Assembly (NCBI GenBank): GCA_052246995.1
Contig: JBQPWD010000002.1
Coordinates: 196,323 to 260,322, forward strand
DNA length: 64,000 bases
Direction of reading: 5' to 3'
Source of the DNA: Candidatus Bathyarchaeota archaeon
GTDB taxonomy: Archaea > Thermoproteota > Bathyarchaeia > Hecatellales > Hecatellaceae
The notes below the pieces were generated by a model. The model saw only the letters and a list, made by a program, of their open reading frames with translations, was not told the DNA's origin and ran no database searches. Shown one piece after another: positions 1-9,490 of the stretch. The stretch's first letter is position 1. Each line of letters starts with the position of its first letter. The position numbers and the translations under genes are program-made.

Positions 1-774
1 GCGGAAAAGTATGGGGCTGTAGAGTTTATCAGCCAATCCATAGAAGATTTAAAAGAAAAGGTTCACGGCTTAACTGTTAATACCGCTTCAGGAAAGTTTA
101 CAATTATAAGTAAAAATGTTGAGGTTGTTGAGTGGTCTCCAAGTATAAGGCTTCAAATTTTAAAAACAATTTCAGAACCTATGATTGCTTTCTTTATGTT
201 TATGATTGGACTTTACGCCCTTCTATTTGGGTTAGCATCACCCGGTGTTGGGGGAGAAGTTGTCGGAGGAATTCTACTTTTACTTGGTTTAATAGGACTT
301 GGAATTTTAGGGGATATAAATATTGGTGCGTTAATACTTATAGTTTTAGGGGCAATTCTACTTCTCTACGAACTCTTTACACCTGGATTTGGTATAATTG
401 GAGGTTCAGGCATTGTAAGCCTTCTAATTGGAAGCATGCTTATTATGCCGCGAGAATGGTTTATTTCACCTGAATGGTTAAATGCTCTAATTTTAGCAAT
501 AATGATAGTTCCTTTAACTGTAGGGGCCTTCTTTATTTTTGCCTCATATAAAGTTTTAAAGCTTAGGAGAAAACCCCCACTAGTGAGTGGAATGTTTAAA
601 GGGTATGGAGAAGTTATTGAAGAAATAACCCCTGAAAAAACAGGATTTATAATTTATCAAGGAGAATATTGGAAAGCTAAATCAAGCAAAAAAATTGGAA
701 AGGGGGAAAAGGTTATTATCATCGGCAAAGAAGGACCTGTATTGGTTGTGGAACCTAAGAATGAAAATAGATAA
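1..774 (+). CDS. nfeD: NfeD-family membrane protein (5'-truncated by window edge)
   Basis: Frame 1 is open from base 1 (AEKYGAVEFI...) into the 181..774 ORF; TM helices with ELFTPGFGIIG and a C-terminal OB-like domain (GEYWKA...V.IIGKEGPVLVV). Confidence 0.85.
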   Translation, partial: AEKYGAVEFISQSIEDLKEKVHGLTVNTASGKFTIISKNVEVVEWSPSIRLQILKTISEPMIAFFMFMIGLYALLFGLASPGVGGEVVGGILLLLGLIGLGILGDINIGALILIVLGAILLLYELFTPGFGIIGGSGIVSLLIGSMLIMPREWFISPEWLNALILAIMIVPLTVGAFFIFASYKVLKLRRKPPLVSGMFKGYGEVIEEITPEKTGFIIYQGEYWKAKSSKKIGKGEKVIIIGKEGPVLVVEPKNENR

Positions 775-783
775 AGGTTTATT

Positions 784-1557
784 TTAAATATAAAGAGATG
801 ATGGTTCTCTCATAAATTCTCTTCTAAATTGTTCAATAGCTTCAGCACGAATCTTATGTAAACTTTCAAGTTTCTTTTTCATATCTGCAATTTCCTTATC
901 AAGTTTTGTAAGGTCAATTTCTAGTGAAAGAATTTTAGATAAAACTTTAATGACGCTCTTTGCTGCCTCCATATCAGGGTATTCTCCACGAGTTGCACCT
1001 AAAAGTCCTAGTGCTTCAAGGCTACGTTGATCTCCAAGACCAAGAATTATTCCACATGCACCAGTAACAGTACCACTTGTAGTTATGTAAACGCCAAACT
1101 CCTTTAACTTTTCAACCATGTCAGGTTTATTAAAAACAGCGTAAACATTTCCTATATCGCGTTCAAAAGGTGTTTGAAAACCTCCCACAGCAATAACTTT
1201 TTTACACCCAAATTTTTGAACAAAGTTTAAAACTACGTCAGCAACTTCATATTGTCCATACGTTGTAGGTTGGGTATCTCCGGTTAGAAATATAACATGA
1301 GGCTTTGTTTTGTTATATGCGTAGAATTCAAGTTTTGGTAGGAAAAATGTTCCATCAGCATTTATATGGATACCAGCACTTCCGTTGATTAACGTAAGAT
1401 AGTTTGAGTAAAGCTTTGCAAATGGTTTAAGCTTTAACTCGTCAATAATGTAGGTTATGGTAAGCTTTCCAACAAATCCCAACCCTGGAAGACCTTGAAC
1501 AAGAATAGGATTTTCAAGGTTAGGTTCTTCTAAAACATAAATTTTTGTCCAACACAT
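784..1557 (-). CDS. PAC2-family proteasome assembly chaperone (PbaA/PbaB-like)
   Basis: NPILVQGLPGLGFVGKL, GDTQP and GEYPD.EAA motifs typical of archaeal PAC2 proteins. Confidence 0.85.
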   Translation of the reverse strand: MCWTKIYVLEEPNLENPILVQGLPGLGFVGKLTITYIIDELKLKPFAKLYSNYLTLINGSAGIHINADGTFFLPKLEFYAYNKTKPHVIFLTGDTQPTTYGQYEVADVVLNFVQKFGCKKVIAVGGFQTPFERDIGNVYAVFNKPDMVEKLKEFGVYITTSGTVTGACGIILGLGDQRSLEALGLLGATRGEYPDMEAAKSVIKVLSKILSLEIDLTKLDKEIADMKKKLESLHKIRAEAIEQFRREFMREPSSLYI

Positions 1558-1563
1558 ATTTGG

Positions 1564-1881
1564 TCAACCAGCCTTTATACTGAAGCTTTTAGGACACCTT
1601 CTCCTTGCTACTTCACAAATACGTCGTGCCTCATTAACTTTTTCTGAAGAGCCGCATAACTCGGAGACTTCTCCACAAAGTTTAGACTCTTCAACACATT
1701 GAGAGAAACAACTTCTTCCACAAAGTGTGGATATAAACTTGCAAATATTTGAAGCTGATTGGTATTTTCTGTCATCATAAAGAAGTTCTCTTGCATGCTG
1801 ACATAGAGTAAGAGCTAACCTACAGTAGAATGGAGCTAATGTCGCATCCAGTAGACTTTTTTGCATACCTTCACCCGTCAA
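1564..1881 (-). CDS. Small cysteine-rich helical hypothetical protein
   Basis: 105-aa ORF with 10 Cys, mostly in CX6C spacing; ends 6 nt before the PAC2 gene start. Confidence 0.65.
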   Translation of the reverse strand: MTGEGMQKSLLDATLAPFYCRLALTLCQHARELLYDDRKYQSASNICKFISTLCGRSCFSQCVEESKLCGEVSELCGSSEKVNEARRICEVARRRCPKSFSIKAG

Positions 1882-1975
1882 GAAAAATCTTAAAACTTGT
1901 ATTTATCAGTTGTGGAAGGTTGAAACAATTCTTATATTTTCCATTACCTAATCCTTATAAGGATTAACTGGAGGA

Positions 1976-2437
1976 GTGACAATGGTCTATGTTCCATTCG
2001 TATCTTCACCACCAGAGGTTGTAGAAAAGATGCTTGAAATGGCAGAGTTACATGAAAATGACGTGCTTTATGATCTGGGATCTGGTGATGGAAGAATATT
2101 AATAACAGCCGTTAAAAAGTTTGGTGTTAAAAAGGCTGTAGGGATTGAAGTAAGAGAAGACCTTGTTAAAGCATCTAGAGAAGAAATTAAGAAACTTGGA
2201 TTAGAAGATAAAATTGTAATAATCCATGGAGACCTCTACAAAATTCCAATAAAAGATGCTGATGTTGTCACTTTATTTCTTACAACTTCCGCTAATGAAC
2301 GTTTAAAGCCAAAACTTGAAAATGAGCTTAAAAAAGGAGTTAGAGTGGTTTCTCATGATTATGAAGTAATTGGTTGGAAACCTGTAAAAGTTGTAAATCT
2401 AGGTCAGCATACAATATATCTTTACACCATAAAATGA
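1976..2437 (+). CDS. Class I SAM-dependent methyltransferase, archaeal protein-lysine methyltransferase (aKMT)-like
   Basis: VPFVSSP N-terminus, YDLGSGDGR motif I, RVVSHDY; GGAGG SD at the start. Confidence 0.8.
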   Translation: MTMVYVPFVSSPPEVVEKMLEMAELHENDVLYDLGSGDGRILITAVKKFGVKKAVGIEVREDLVKASREEIKKLGLEDKIVIIHGDLYKIPIKDADVVTLFLTTSANERLKPKLENELKKGVRVVSHDYEVIGWKPVKVVNLGQHTIYLYTIK

Positions 2438-2507
2438 GTCAACCTAAAACATTAACTGATTTTACGCATTATTCCTCCATTTTTTACCTAACCTTCCAAT
2501 CTCTAGC

Positions 2508-4793
2508 TTGATGGGTTTAGATGCTTTGCGCGCAGAAATAACCGTAACTGGTATTGTGCAGGGTGTTGGGTTTAGACCATTTGTGTACAGAACTGCTGTA
2601 AAAGAGAATCTTAAAGGTTTTATACGTAATTGTGGAGATGCAACTGTTGAAATTATTGTTGAGGGCAATAAAGAAAGCATTAAACGTTTTATGAAATCAA
2701 TAAGAAACGAAAAACCTCCTTTAGCGCAAATCTACAGATTAAAGGTAAGATTTTCCAAGAAAAGTGGAGGGTTTAAAGAGTTCAAAATATGTAAAAGTTT
2801 AGAAGAAAAAAGGTTTTCAGGGTTAGTTATTCCGCCAGACATATCAATCTGTAGTAGATGTTTAGATGAGTTAAGAAATCCAAAAGACAGGAGATATAAC
2901 TACTTTTTTATCACATGCACGGATTGTGGACCTAGATACACAATAATCGAAAAACTACCTTACGATAGAGAAAATACTACAATGGCAGATTTTTCAATAT
3001 GTAGTGAATGTGAAAAAGAATATGTTAACCCTTTAAACCGCCGTTTTCATGCTCAAACAATAGCATGCCACATCTGTGGACCAAAGGTTTACTTAACAAC
3101 AAAAGACGGAAGCAATGTTGAATGTAAAGACCCTATCAGGGAAACTGGAAAGCTTGTAGAGGAGGGATTTATTGTTGCCATTAAAGGTAATGGAGGATTC
3201 CATATTGCAACTTCAACCCTAAAATCCGAACCTATAATTAGGCTTAGAAAGGTTAAACATAGAGCCCAAAAACCGTTTGCAGTAATGGCTAAAAATCTTG
3301 AAGCTGTAAAAACTTTTGCTAAACTTAACAAGAAAGAGGAGGAACTTTTAACATCCTATATTAGACCAATAGTTTTACTTGAAAAAAGCGAGAATTACTA
3401 TCTCTCTGAGGAAATCGCCCCTGGGCTTCACAATATCGGCGTTATGCTACCATATACAGGTCTTCATTACATGCTTTTTGATGATGTTAAAGAGCCGGCA
3501 TTTATCATGACAAGCGCAAACCCTCCTAGTGAACCCATAGTTATAGATGATAATGAGGCATATAGGAGACTTAGCTCAACTGTTGACTATTTTCTTCTTC
3601 ACAACAGACGGATTGCTCAGAGATGTGATGATTCCGTTGTCAGGGTTCATGACAAAATTCCCGTAATAATTCGTAGGTCTAGAGGATACGCTCCTGCCCC
3701 AATACTTTTAAAAAACAAAGTTAAAAAATCTATTCTAGCTTTAGGTGCTGAAGAAAACGTTACTGGATGTATTTTAAGCGAGAAAAAAGCCTTTCTAACC
3801 CAGTATATTGGAGATGTTAAGAATACTGAAACTCTAAACTATCTTAAACATGCTATAACTCATCTTCTAAACTTAACAAATATAAAGTTTCAATCTATCG
3901 CGTGTGACCTACATCCAAAATTTAATACAACAAGTTTAGCCAACAATCTTGCTGAAAAATTTAAATGCGAAATTTTTCCTGTTCAACATCACCATGCCCA
4001 TCTAGGCTCCCTTATGGCAGAACATGGTTTAGAGGAGGTTATCGGCATTGTTTGCGATGGTTTTGGCTATGGTTTAGATGGAAAAGCATGGGGTGGTGAG
4101 ATTCTTTACTGGGTTGAAGGTAAGGTTGAACGTTTAATTCACCTTCAGGAGCAGCCAATGATCGGTGGAGATAAAGCAACCATTTATCCGTTAAGGATGG
4201 TTGTAGGAATTCTAAGAAGACATTCAGAAGTTGAGGATTGGATCTACTCAAAATCAAGGTTTCTACCGTTTGGAAAGATGGAAGCAGAAGTAATAGTAAA
4301 ACAGGCTAAAGCTGGAAAATTTACATGGACCACAAGTTGTGGCAGAGTTTTAGACGCCGTTGCAGCGTTACTTGGAATATGCTATGAACGAACTTATGAA
4401 GGAGAACCTGCGCTAAAGCTTGAATCTTATGCTTTAAACGGTAAAGATGTGCTTAAAGTTGAACCTAAAGTAAGCGGAAACATTATCAACACGGAAAACA
4501 TTGTTTTAGAAATTTTTGAAAACCTTAAAAAGTACCAGGTTAAGGATCTTGCATACTCCGCACAGGAGTATATTGGCAAAAGTTTGGCTCAAGCAGCAAT
4601 TGAGAAGGCTGAAAAATTAGGAGTTAAAGTTATAGGTTTCTCTGGAGGAGTAGCATATAATAAGCATATTACTTCGACAATTAAAAAAATCGTTAAAAAG
4701 GAGGGGTTTAAATTTATAATCAACAGAAAAGTTCCAGCTGGAGATGGAGGGATCTCATTAGGACAAGCCTTTGTAGCCAGCTTTTTAGGTTAA
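2508..4793 (+). CDS. hypF: Carbamoyltransferase HypF
   Basis: Acylphosphatase domain (GIVQGVGFRPF), Zn fingers, YrdC-like domain, QHHHAH, PAGDGGISLGQ. Confidence 0.97.
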   Translation: MMGLDALRAEITVTGIVQGVGFRPFVYRTAVKENLKGFIRNCGDATVEIIVEGNKESIKRFMKSIRNEKPPLAQIYRLKVRFSKKSGGFKEFKICKSLEEKRFSGLVIPPDISICSRCLDELRNPKDRRYNYFFITCTDCGPRYTIIEKLPYDRENTTMADFSICSECEKEYVNPLNRRFHAQTIACHICGPKVYLTTKDGSNVECKDPIRETGKLVEEGFIVAIKGNGGFHIATSTLKSEPIIRLRKVKHRAQKPFAVMAKNLEAVKTFAKLNKKEEELLTSYIRPIVLLEKSENYYLSEEIAPGLHNIGVMLPYTGLHYMLFDDVKEPAFIMTSANPPSEPIVIDDNEAYRRLSSTVDYFLLHNRRIAQRCDDSVVRVHDKIPVIIRRSRGYAPAPILLKNKVKKSILALGAEENVTGCILSEKKAFLTQYIGDVKNTETLNYLKHAITHLLNLTNIKFQSIACDLHPKFNTTSLANNLAEKFKCEIFPVQHHHAHLGSLMAEHGLEEVIGIVCDGFGYGLDGKAWGGEILYWVEGKVERLIHLQEQPMIGGDKATIYPLRMVVGILRRHSEVEDWIYSKSRFLPFGKMEAEVIVKQAKAGKFTWTTSCGRVLDAVAALLGICYERTYEGEPALKLESYALNGKDVLKVEPKVSGNIINTENIVLEIFENLKKYQVKDLAYSAQEYIGKSLAQAAIEKAEKLGVKVIGFSGGVAYNKHITSTIKKIVKKEGFKFIINRKVPAGDGGISLGQAFVASFLG

Positions 4794-4868
4794 CTTTTGA
4801 GAAAAGGTTAAAGGTTAAAACTTTTTCTTATTTGTGAAAACAGTTACAATCATTAACCGTGATGTAAA

Positions 4869-5090
4869 GTGTGTCTAGCTATTCCTGCAAAAGTTTTAAA
4901 GATTGAAGGTGACCATGCAGTAGTTGATTTTGGGAAAGATGTAACTAGGGAAGTTAACATATCGCTTGTTGACGTTAAAGTAGGCGATTACGTGATTGTT
5001 CATGCGGGATTTGCAATTCAAGTTGTAGATGAAGAAAGTGCTAAAGAAACTCTTAAGATTTGGGATGAAATATTAAAAGCTGAGGAGTAA
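4869..5090 (+). CDS. hypC: Hydrogenase maturation chaperone HypC
   Basis: MCLAIP N-terminus and VIVHAGFAI. Confidence 0.97.
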   Translation: MCLAIPAKVLKIEGDHAVVDFGKDVTREVNISLVDVKVGDYVIVHAGFAIQVVDEESAKETLKIWDEILKAEE

Positions 5091-5125
5091 AGTTCAGCTT
5101 ATGTTAGCTTCTACTCGTGGTTTAA

Positions 5126-6169
5126 ATGTTAAAGTTTGAAAGTTTTACAAGAGAAACAAAAATACTTAACCCTCTGAAAAATTTTGAGAAAGACTTAAAA
5201 ATCATAGAATATCGAATAAATCCTTTAACAGGGAAAATAGGATGTCTTATACCAAGGGAATCAGAAAGACCAGTAGAAAAAATGATTTACGTGATGGATA
5301 AAGCTTCTCTTGAAAAGCTTGTAAAAGAATCCGAGGAGAGGTGCTTCTTCTGCCCTGGCAAAGTTGAGAGAGTTACACCAAAATTTCCAGAGGAAGTTCT
5401 TCCAGAAGGGAGAATTGGTGTTGGAGAAGCCTACTTGTTTCCAAATATAGCTCCTCAGTGCGAACTTAGTTGTGTGATTGTTTTAACAAAAAAACACTAC
5501 TTAAACCTAGATGAATTCACACCAAACATTTTTGTTGATGGATTTCTGGCGATAAAAATGTTTACTGAAAAAGTTAAAAGCACATCACCAGCAAGGTTTA
5601 TTACAGTTGGATTGCAATATTTGCCTTCAGCGGGTTCAAGTATTGTTCATCCGCATATGCAAGCTTTGTTAACAGAAATTCCGTTTGTAAATTTGGATGA
5701 AATTTTAAATGCGAGCAAAAGGTACTATGAAAATTTCTCATTAAACTTTTGGGAAGAGATTATTACCATTGAGGAGGAAAAAAAGGAAAGATACGTTGGC
5801 GAAACTGGAAATGTAAAGTGGTTAACTCCTTTTACTCCAACTTCAAATTATGAAGTTTTAGGTATTGTGAAGGATAGGTCAAGTTTCGCCGAGCTTGATA
5901 AAGAGGATTTTAGGAACATAGCTGAGGGCGTATGCAAAGTTTTAAGGTTCTACAATGATAAAAACTTTTCAAGCTTCACGCTTGTATTAAATTCAGGACC
6001 GCTTAACGAGAAGACCTCCTACTTCCGGGTAAATTTAAGTGTTGCAGCAAGACCAGGAATAAAAAGTTTTTATATAAATGACTCTTGGTTTCTACCCTTC
6101 TTTGTTAAACAACCAGTTATAACGATTATACCGGAAGATTTGGCAAAAACGCTTAGAAAATATTTTTAA
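5126..6169 (+). CDS. GalT-like (HIT superfamily) nucleotidyltransferase
   Basis: CFFCPG and AGSSIVHPHMQ motifs. Confidence 0.8.
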   Translation: MLKFESFTRETKILNPLKNFEKDLKIIEYRINPLTGKIGCLIPRESERPVEKMIYVMDKASLEKLVKESEERCFFCPGKVERVTPKFPEEVLPEGRIGVGEAYLFPNIAPQCELSCVIVLTKKHYLNLDEFTPNIFVDGFLAIKMFTEKVKSTSPARFITVGLQYLPSAGSSIVHPHMQALLTEIPFVNLDEILNASKRYYENFSLNFWEEIITIEEEKKERYVGETGNVKWLTPFTPTSNYEVLGIVKDRSSFAELDKEDFRNIAEGVCKVLRFYNDKNFSSFTLVLNSGPLNEKTSYFRVNLSVAARPGIKSFYINDSWFLPFFVKQPVITIIPEDLAKTLRKYF

Positions 6170-6189
6170 CTTCCAAAGTTGGTGAAAGT

Positions 6190-6858
6190 TTGAATAACAA
6201 TATATTAAGGATTGAGAAAGAGAAAGCTATAGACTTTGAATTTGATTTAATAAAAAAGAATAATCAGCTTGCTGAAGAAAATAGGAAAATTTTCATGGAG
6301 AATGGTGTTAAAGCTTTCGATATTATGGGTTCAGTTGGCTCAGGTAAAACTTCACTTATAGAATGTATTGTTAAAGTTTTAAACAAAAAGTATTCAATAG
6401 CGGTTATTAACGGAGATTTAGCAACCACAATAGATGCTGAAAGAGTCAGCAAATATGGGGTTAAGGTTATACAGATAAATACTGGTAAAGAATGCCATTT
6501 AGATGCTTATATTGTAAGAAAGGCTGTAGAGAAAATAGACCTTAAAAGTATTGATATATTGTTTATTGAGAACGTTGGAAATCTTATCTGTCCTTCTGAT
6601 TTTAAGCTTGGAGTTGAGAAAAGAGTTGTTGTTATAAGTGTAACGGAGGGAGGGTATGTTGTTGTTAAGCATCCATTAACATTTCTTGAAGCTGACATTG
6701 TGGTAGTAAATAAAGTGGATTTAGCAGAAATTATGGGTGTAAATGTTAAAAAGGTCGTTAAAGATGCAAAATCTATAAATCCCAACGTTAAAGTTATAGA
6801 AACAAGCTGTAAAACTGGCTTAGGCATAGATGAAGTTATTAAATGTTTAGGGCTTTAA
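6190..6858 (+). CDS. hypB: Hydrogenase nickel-insertion GTPase HypB
   Basis: GSGKTS, CHLDA, ENVGNLICP, NKVD. Confidence 0.96.
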   Translation: MNNNILRIEKEKAIDFEFDLIKKNNQLAEENRKIFMENGVKAFDIMGSVGSGKTSLIECIVKVLNKKYSIAVINGDLATTIDAERVSKYGVKVIQINTGKECHLDAYIVRKAVEKIDLKSIDILFIENVGNLICPSDFKLGVEKRVVVISVTEGGYVVVKHPLTFLEADIVVVNKVDLAEIMGVNVKKVVKDAKSINPNVKVIETSCKTGLGIDEVIKCLGL

Positions 6859-6871
6859 TGGAGTAATAGAG

Positions 6872-7243
6872 TTGCATGAATATTACGTAACAAAGCAAAT
6901 AGTTGACATTTTGCTTGAAGAAGCAAAAAAACATAACGCAAAAAAAGTTTCAGAAGTTCACCTTGTCATAGGTAAGCTTTCATGTTTAGGAATTGAACAA
7001 ATTAAGTTTTACTATGAAATGCTTACTGAGGGGACTATCATGGAAGGGTCAAAACTTCATATTGAGGAGGAAGAAGTGGAAGTTAAATGTGAAAGTTGCG
7101 GATATGATGGTGAGATTAAACGTGAAAAAATGAGCCTTTACCACTTTCTTTTACCAGTTCTTAGCTGTCCAAAATGTAGTAAAGAGGTGAAGGTTGTTAA
7201 AGGTAAAGAATGTAGCATCAAAAGCATGAAGGTGGTGATATAA
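6872..7243 (+). CDS. hypA: Hydrogenase nickel chaperone HypA
   Basis: MHE N-terminus and two CxxC (CESC, CPKC). Confidence 0.96.
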   Translation: MHEYYVTKQIVDILLEEAKKHNAKKVSEVHLVIGKLSCLGIEQIKFYYEMLTEGTIMEGSKLHIEEEEVEVKCESCGYDGEIKREKMSLYHFLLPVLSCPKCSKEVKVVKGKECSIKSMKVVI

Positions 7244-7254
7244 AAATAACTCTA

Positions 7255-8346
7255 TTGTCACAATATAGGAATAAAACACTTGCAACAAACATCGTTAAAA
7301 AACTAAAAGAAATGAAACTTAACATTAGAATAATGCACGTGTGTGGAACCCACCAGGATACCATAGTTCGGTATGGCTTAGATAACCTTCTTAAAGATTG
7401 TGGAGTTGAAGTTAAACAAGGACCTGGATGCCCTGTTTGTGTTACAACGGAAAAAGAGTTTACTGAAGCTATAATATTAGCTAAAACTGGTAAAATTGTT
7501 ACAACATTTGGAGATGTTGCAAAGGCTCCAACATCAAAAGGTTCACTTCTAGCTCAACGTGTCGAAGATTGTGATGTTAGAATTGTTTACAGTATTGAGG
7601 ATGCTGTTAAAATAGCCTTAGAAAATAGGAAAAAAGATGTTATCTTTATGGCTGTAGGATTTGAAACAACTGCACCGTCAACAGCAGTAACAATACTTAA
7701 AGAACCCCCGGAAAACTTCTCAATTTTAAGTTGTCATAGACGTATTCCACCAGCCCTTCATGCTTTACTTGGCATGGGAGAAATTAAAATTGACGGTCTT
7801 ATTGAGCCAGGACATGTAAGCACAATAATTGGTGTTAAACCTTATGAGGAAATTTCAAAAATTTATCATCTTCCTCAAGTTATCGCGGGCTTTGAACCTC
7901 TTGACATGCTTCTAGCGGTTTACATGATTGCAAAACAAATTAAAAACTTTGAATTTAAAGTTGAAAACGAATATATAAGGTCTGTTAAATATGAGGGAAA
8001 CCTAAAAGCTTTAAAAATTATGGATGAAGTTTTTGAAGAAGTTGATGTTGCTTGGCGGGGTTTCCCCATCATAAAGGAATCGGGTATGCATTTAAGAAAA
8101 AAATTTGAAAAATACGATGCAAGAAAAAAGTTTGAAGATGAGTTAAACATACTGGAAGAGGAAACATTTAAAGAAACTAAAGGTTGTAAATGTGGTGAAA
8201 TCCTACGGGGAATAGCAAACCCTGAAGATTGTCAACTCTTTGGTAAAGTATGCACTCCTGAAAAGCCTGTTGGGCCTTGTATGGTTTCCATTGAAGGTTC
8301 ATGCAACATTCAATTTAGATATGGAAAGAAAAAACTTTACTCCTAA
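7255..8346 (+). CDS. hypD: Hydrogenase maturation protein HypD
   Basis: CGTH, GPGCPVC, GFETT, PGHVS and C-terminal Fe-S Cys cluster. Confidence 0.97.
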   Translation: MSQYRNKTLATNIVKKLKEMKLNIRIMHVCGTHQDTIVRYGLDNLLKDCGVEVKQGPGCPVCVTTEKEFTEAIILAKTGKIVTTFGDVAKAPTSKGSLLAQRVEDCDVRIVYSIEDAVKIALENRKKDVIFMAVGFETTAPSTAVTILKEPPENFSILSCHRRIPPALHALLGMGEIKIDGLIEPGHVSTIIGVKPYEEISKIYHLPQVIAGFEPLDMLLAVYMIAKQIKNFEFKVENEYIRSVKYEGNLKALKIMDEVFEEVDVAWRGFPIIKESGMHLRKKFEKYDARKKFEDELNILEEETFKETKGCKCGEILRGIANPEDCQLFGKVCTPEKPVGPCMVSIEGSCNIQFRYGKKKLYS

Positions 8347-8360
8347 CTCTGTTAAAGTTT

Positions 8361-9413
8361 TTAACAAATCCTTGGAACCGGATCTCCTACTGGTGGAGGA
8401 ATTATCCTTTTTCCACCAACAACTGTTTCAAGTACAACCCCGTCAATGTCTTTTCTAGCTTCACCAATAATTTGAGCATCTTTTCCCTCTCTTGTTTTTC
8501 TTAAAACTTCTAAGACTTCTTCAGCTTTTTCTTTTACAACTCCTATAATAATTTTTCCCTCATTTCCAACCTCTAACGGATCTATACCAAGCATTTCGCA
8601 TGCTGAACGTACATCTTCACGTATAGGTATCTGGTCTTCATATACAAGAATTCCAACCTTAGATTTTTCACTCCACTCATTTAACGCGTTTGCAAGACCT
8701 CCTCTTGTTACATCTTTCATGCTTACAATACCACCAACTCCCAAAATTTTTATTATAACCTTATTTAATGGGGCGACGTCAGAAACAATTTTGTTGCTAA
8801 AGCTATAACCCTCTCTAAAAGATAGAATGGCTAAACCATGGTCACCAATAGTTCCACTAACAATTATTTTGTCACCATCATGTAAATTTGAGTCTAAAAG
8901 CCAACGTGAGTTTATTTTACGATACTTCTTAACCTCCTCAAAATTTTTATCTAACAAGGGTGTTCTTTTTCCAATGCCGGAAGTGTTTATAACAAACTTA
9001 TCTAGGGAACCTTTCTCCAAAACTTTTGTATCTCCGGTAACAACATAAACACCAGCTTCTTTGCATGTCTCCCTCATACTTTCAAGAATTCTCTTAAAAT
9101 CCTGTAACGAAAAACCTTCCTCTAAAATAAATCCTGTAGCTAAAGCTATAGGCTCAGCGCCCATAACTGCGATATCATTAACAGTTCCACTGATAGCTAA
9201 TCTTCCAATATCTCCTCCAGGAAAGAATAAGGGTTTAACTGTATAAGAGTCGCTTTTTAACACTATTCCATCAACAACAGCACAATCATCCAAGGCTTCT
9301 AAGGGAACCTCAAAGCTACTTCCACCAAGAATCTTTACAATATATTCCTTAACAAGTTTCTGCATGAGACTTCCGCCAGCACCGTGAGCAAGAGTAATTT
9401 TACCCATATCCAA
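8361..9413 (-). CDS. hypE: Carbamoyl dehydratase HypE
   Basis: HGAGG, PLFFPGGDIG, DVTRGG and C-terminal PRIC. Confidence 0.97.
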   Translation of the reverse strand: MDMGKITLAHGAGGSLMQKLVKEYIVKILGGSSFEVPLEALDDCAVVDGIVLKSDSYTVKPLFFPGGDIGRLAISGTVNDIAVMGAEPIALATGFILEEGFSLQDFKRILESMRETCKEAGVYVVTGDTKVLEKGSLDKFVINTSGIGKRTPLLDKNFEEVKKYRKINSRWLLDSNLHDGDKIIVSGTIGDHGLAILSFREGYSFSNKIVSDVAPLNKVIIKILGVGGIVSMKDVTRGGLANALNEWSEKSKVGILVYEDQIPIREDVRSACEMLGIDPLEVGNEGKIIIGVVKEKAEEVLEVLRKTREGKDAQIIGEARKDIDGVVLETVVGGKRIIPPPVGDPVPRIC

Positions 9414-9490
9414 CCCTAACTATTAATATGAAAGGCTGTTACTTAGGGTTTATTAGGATATTAGGTATAATTAGCTAGAGGGAGGAACTG

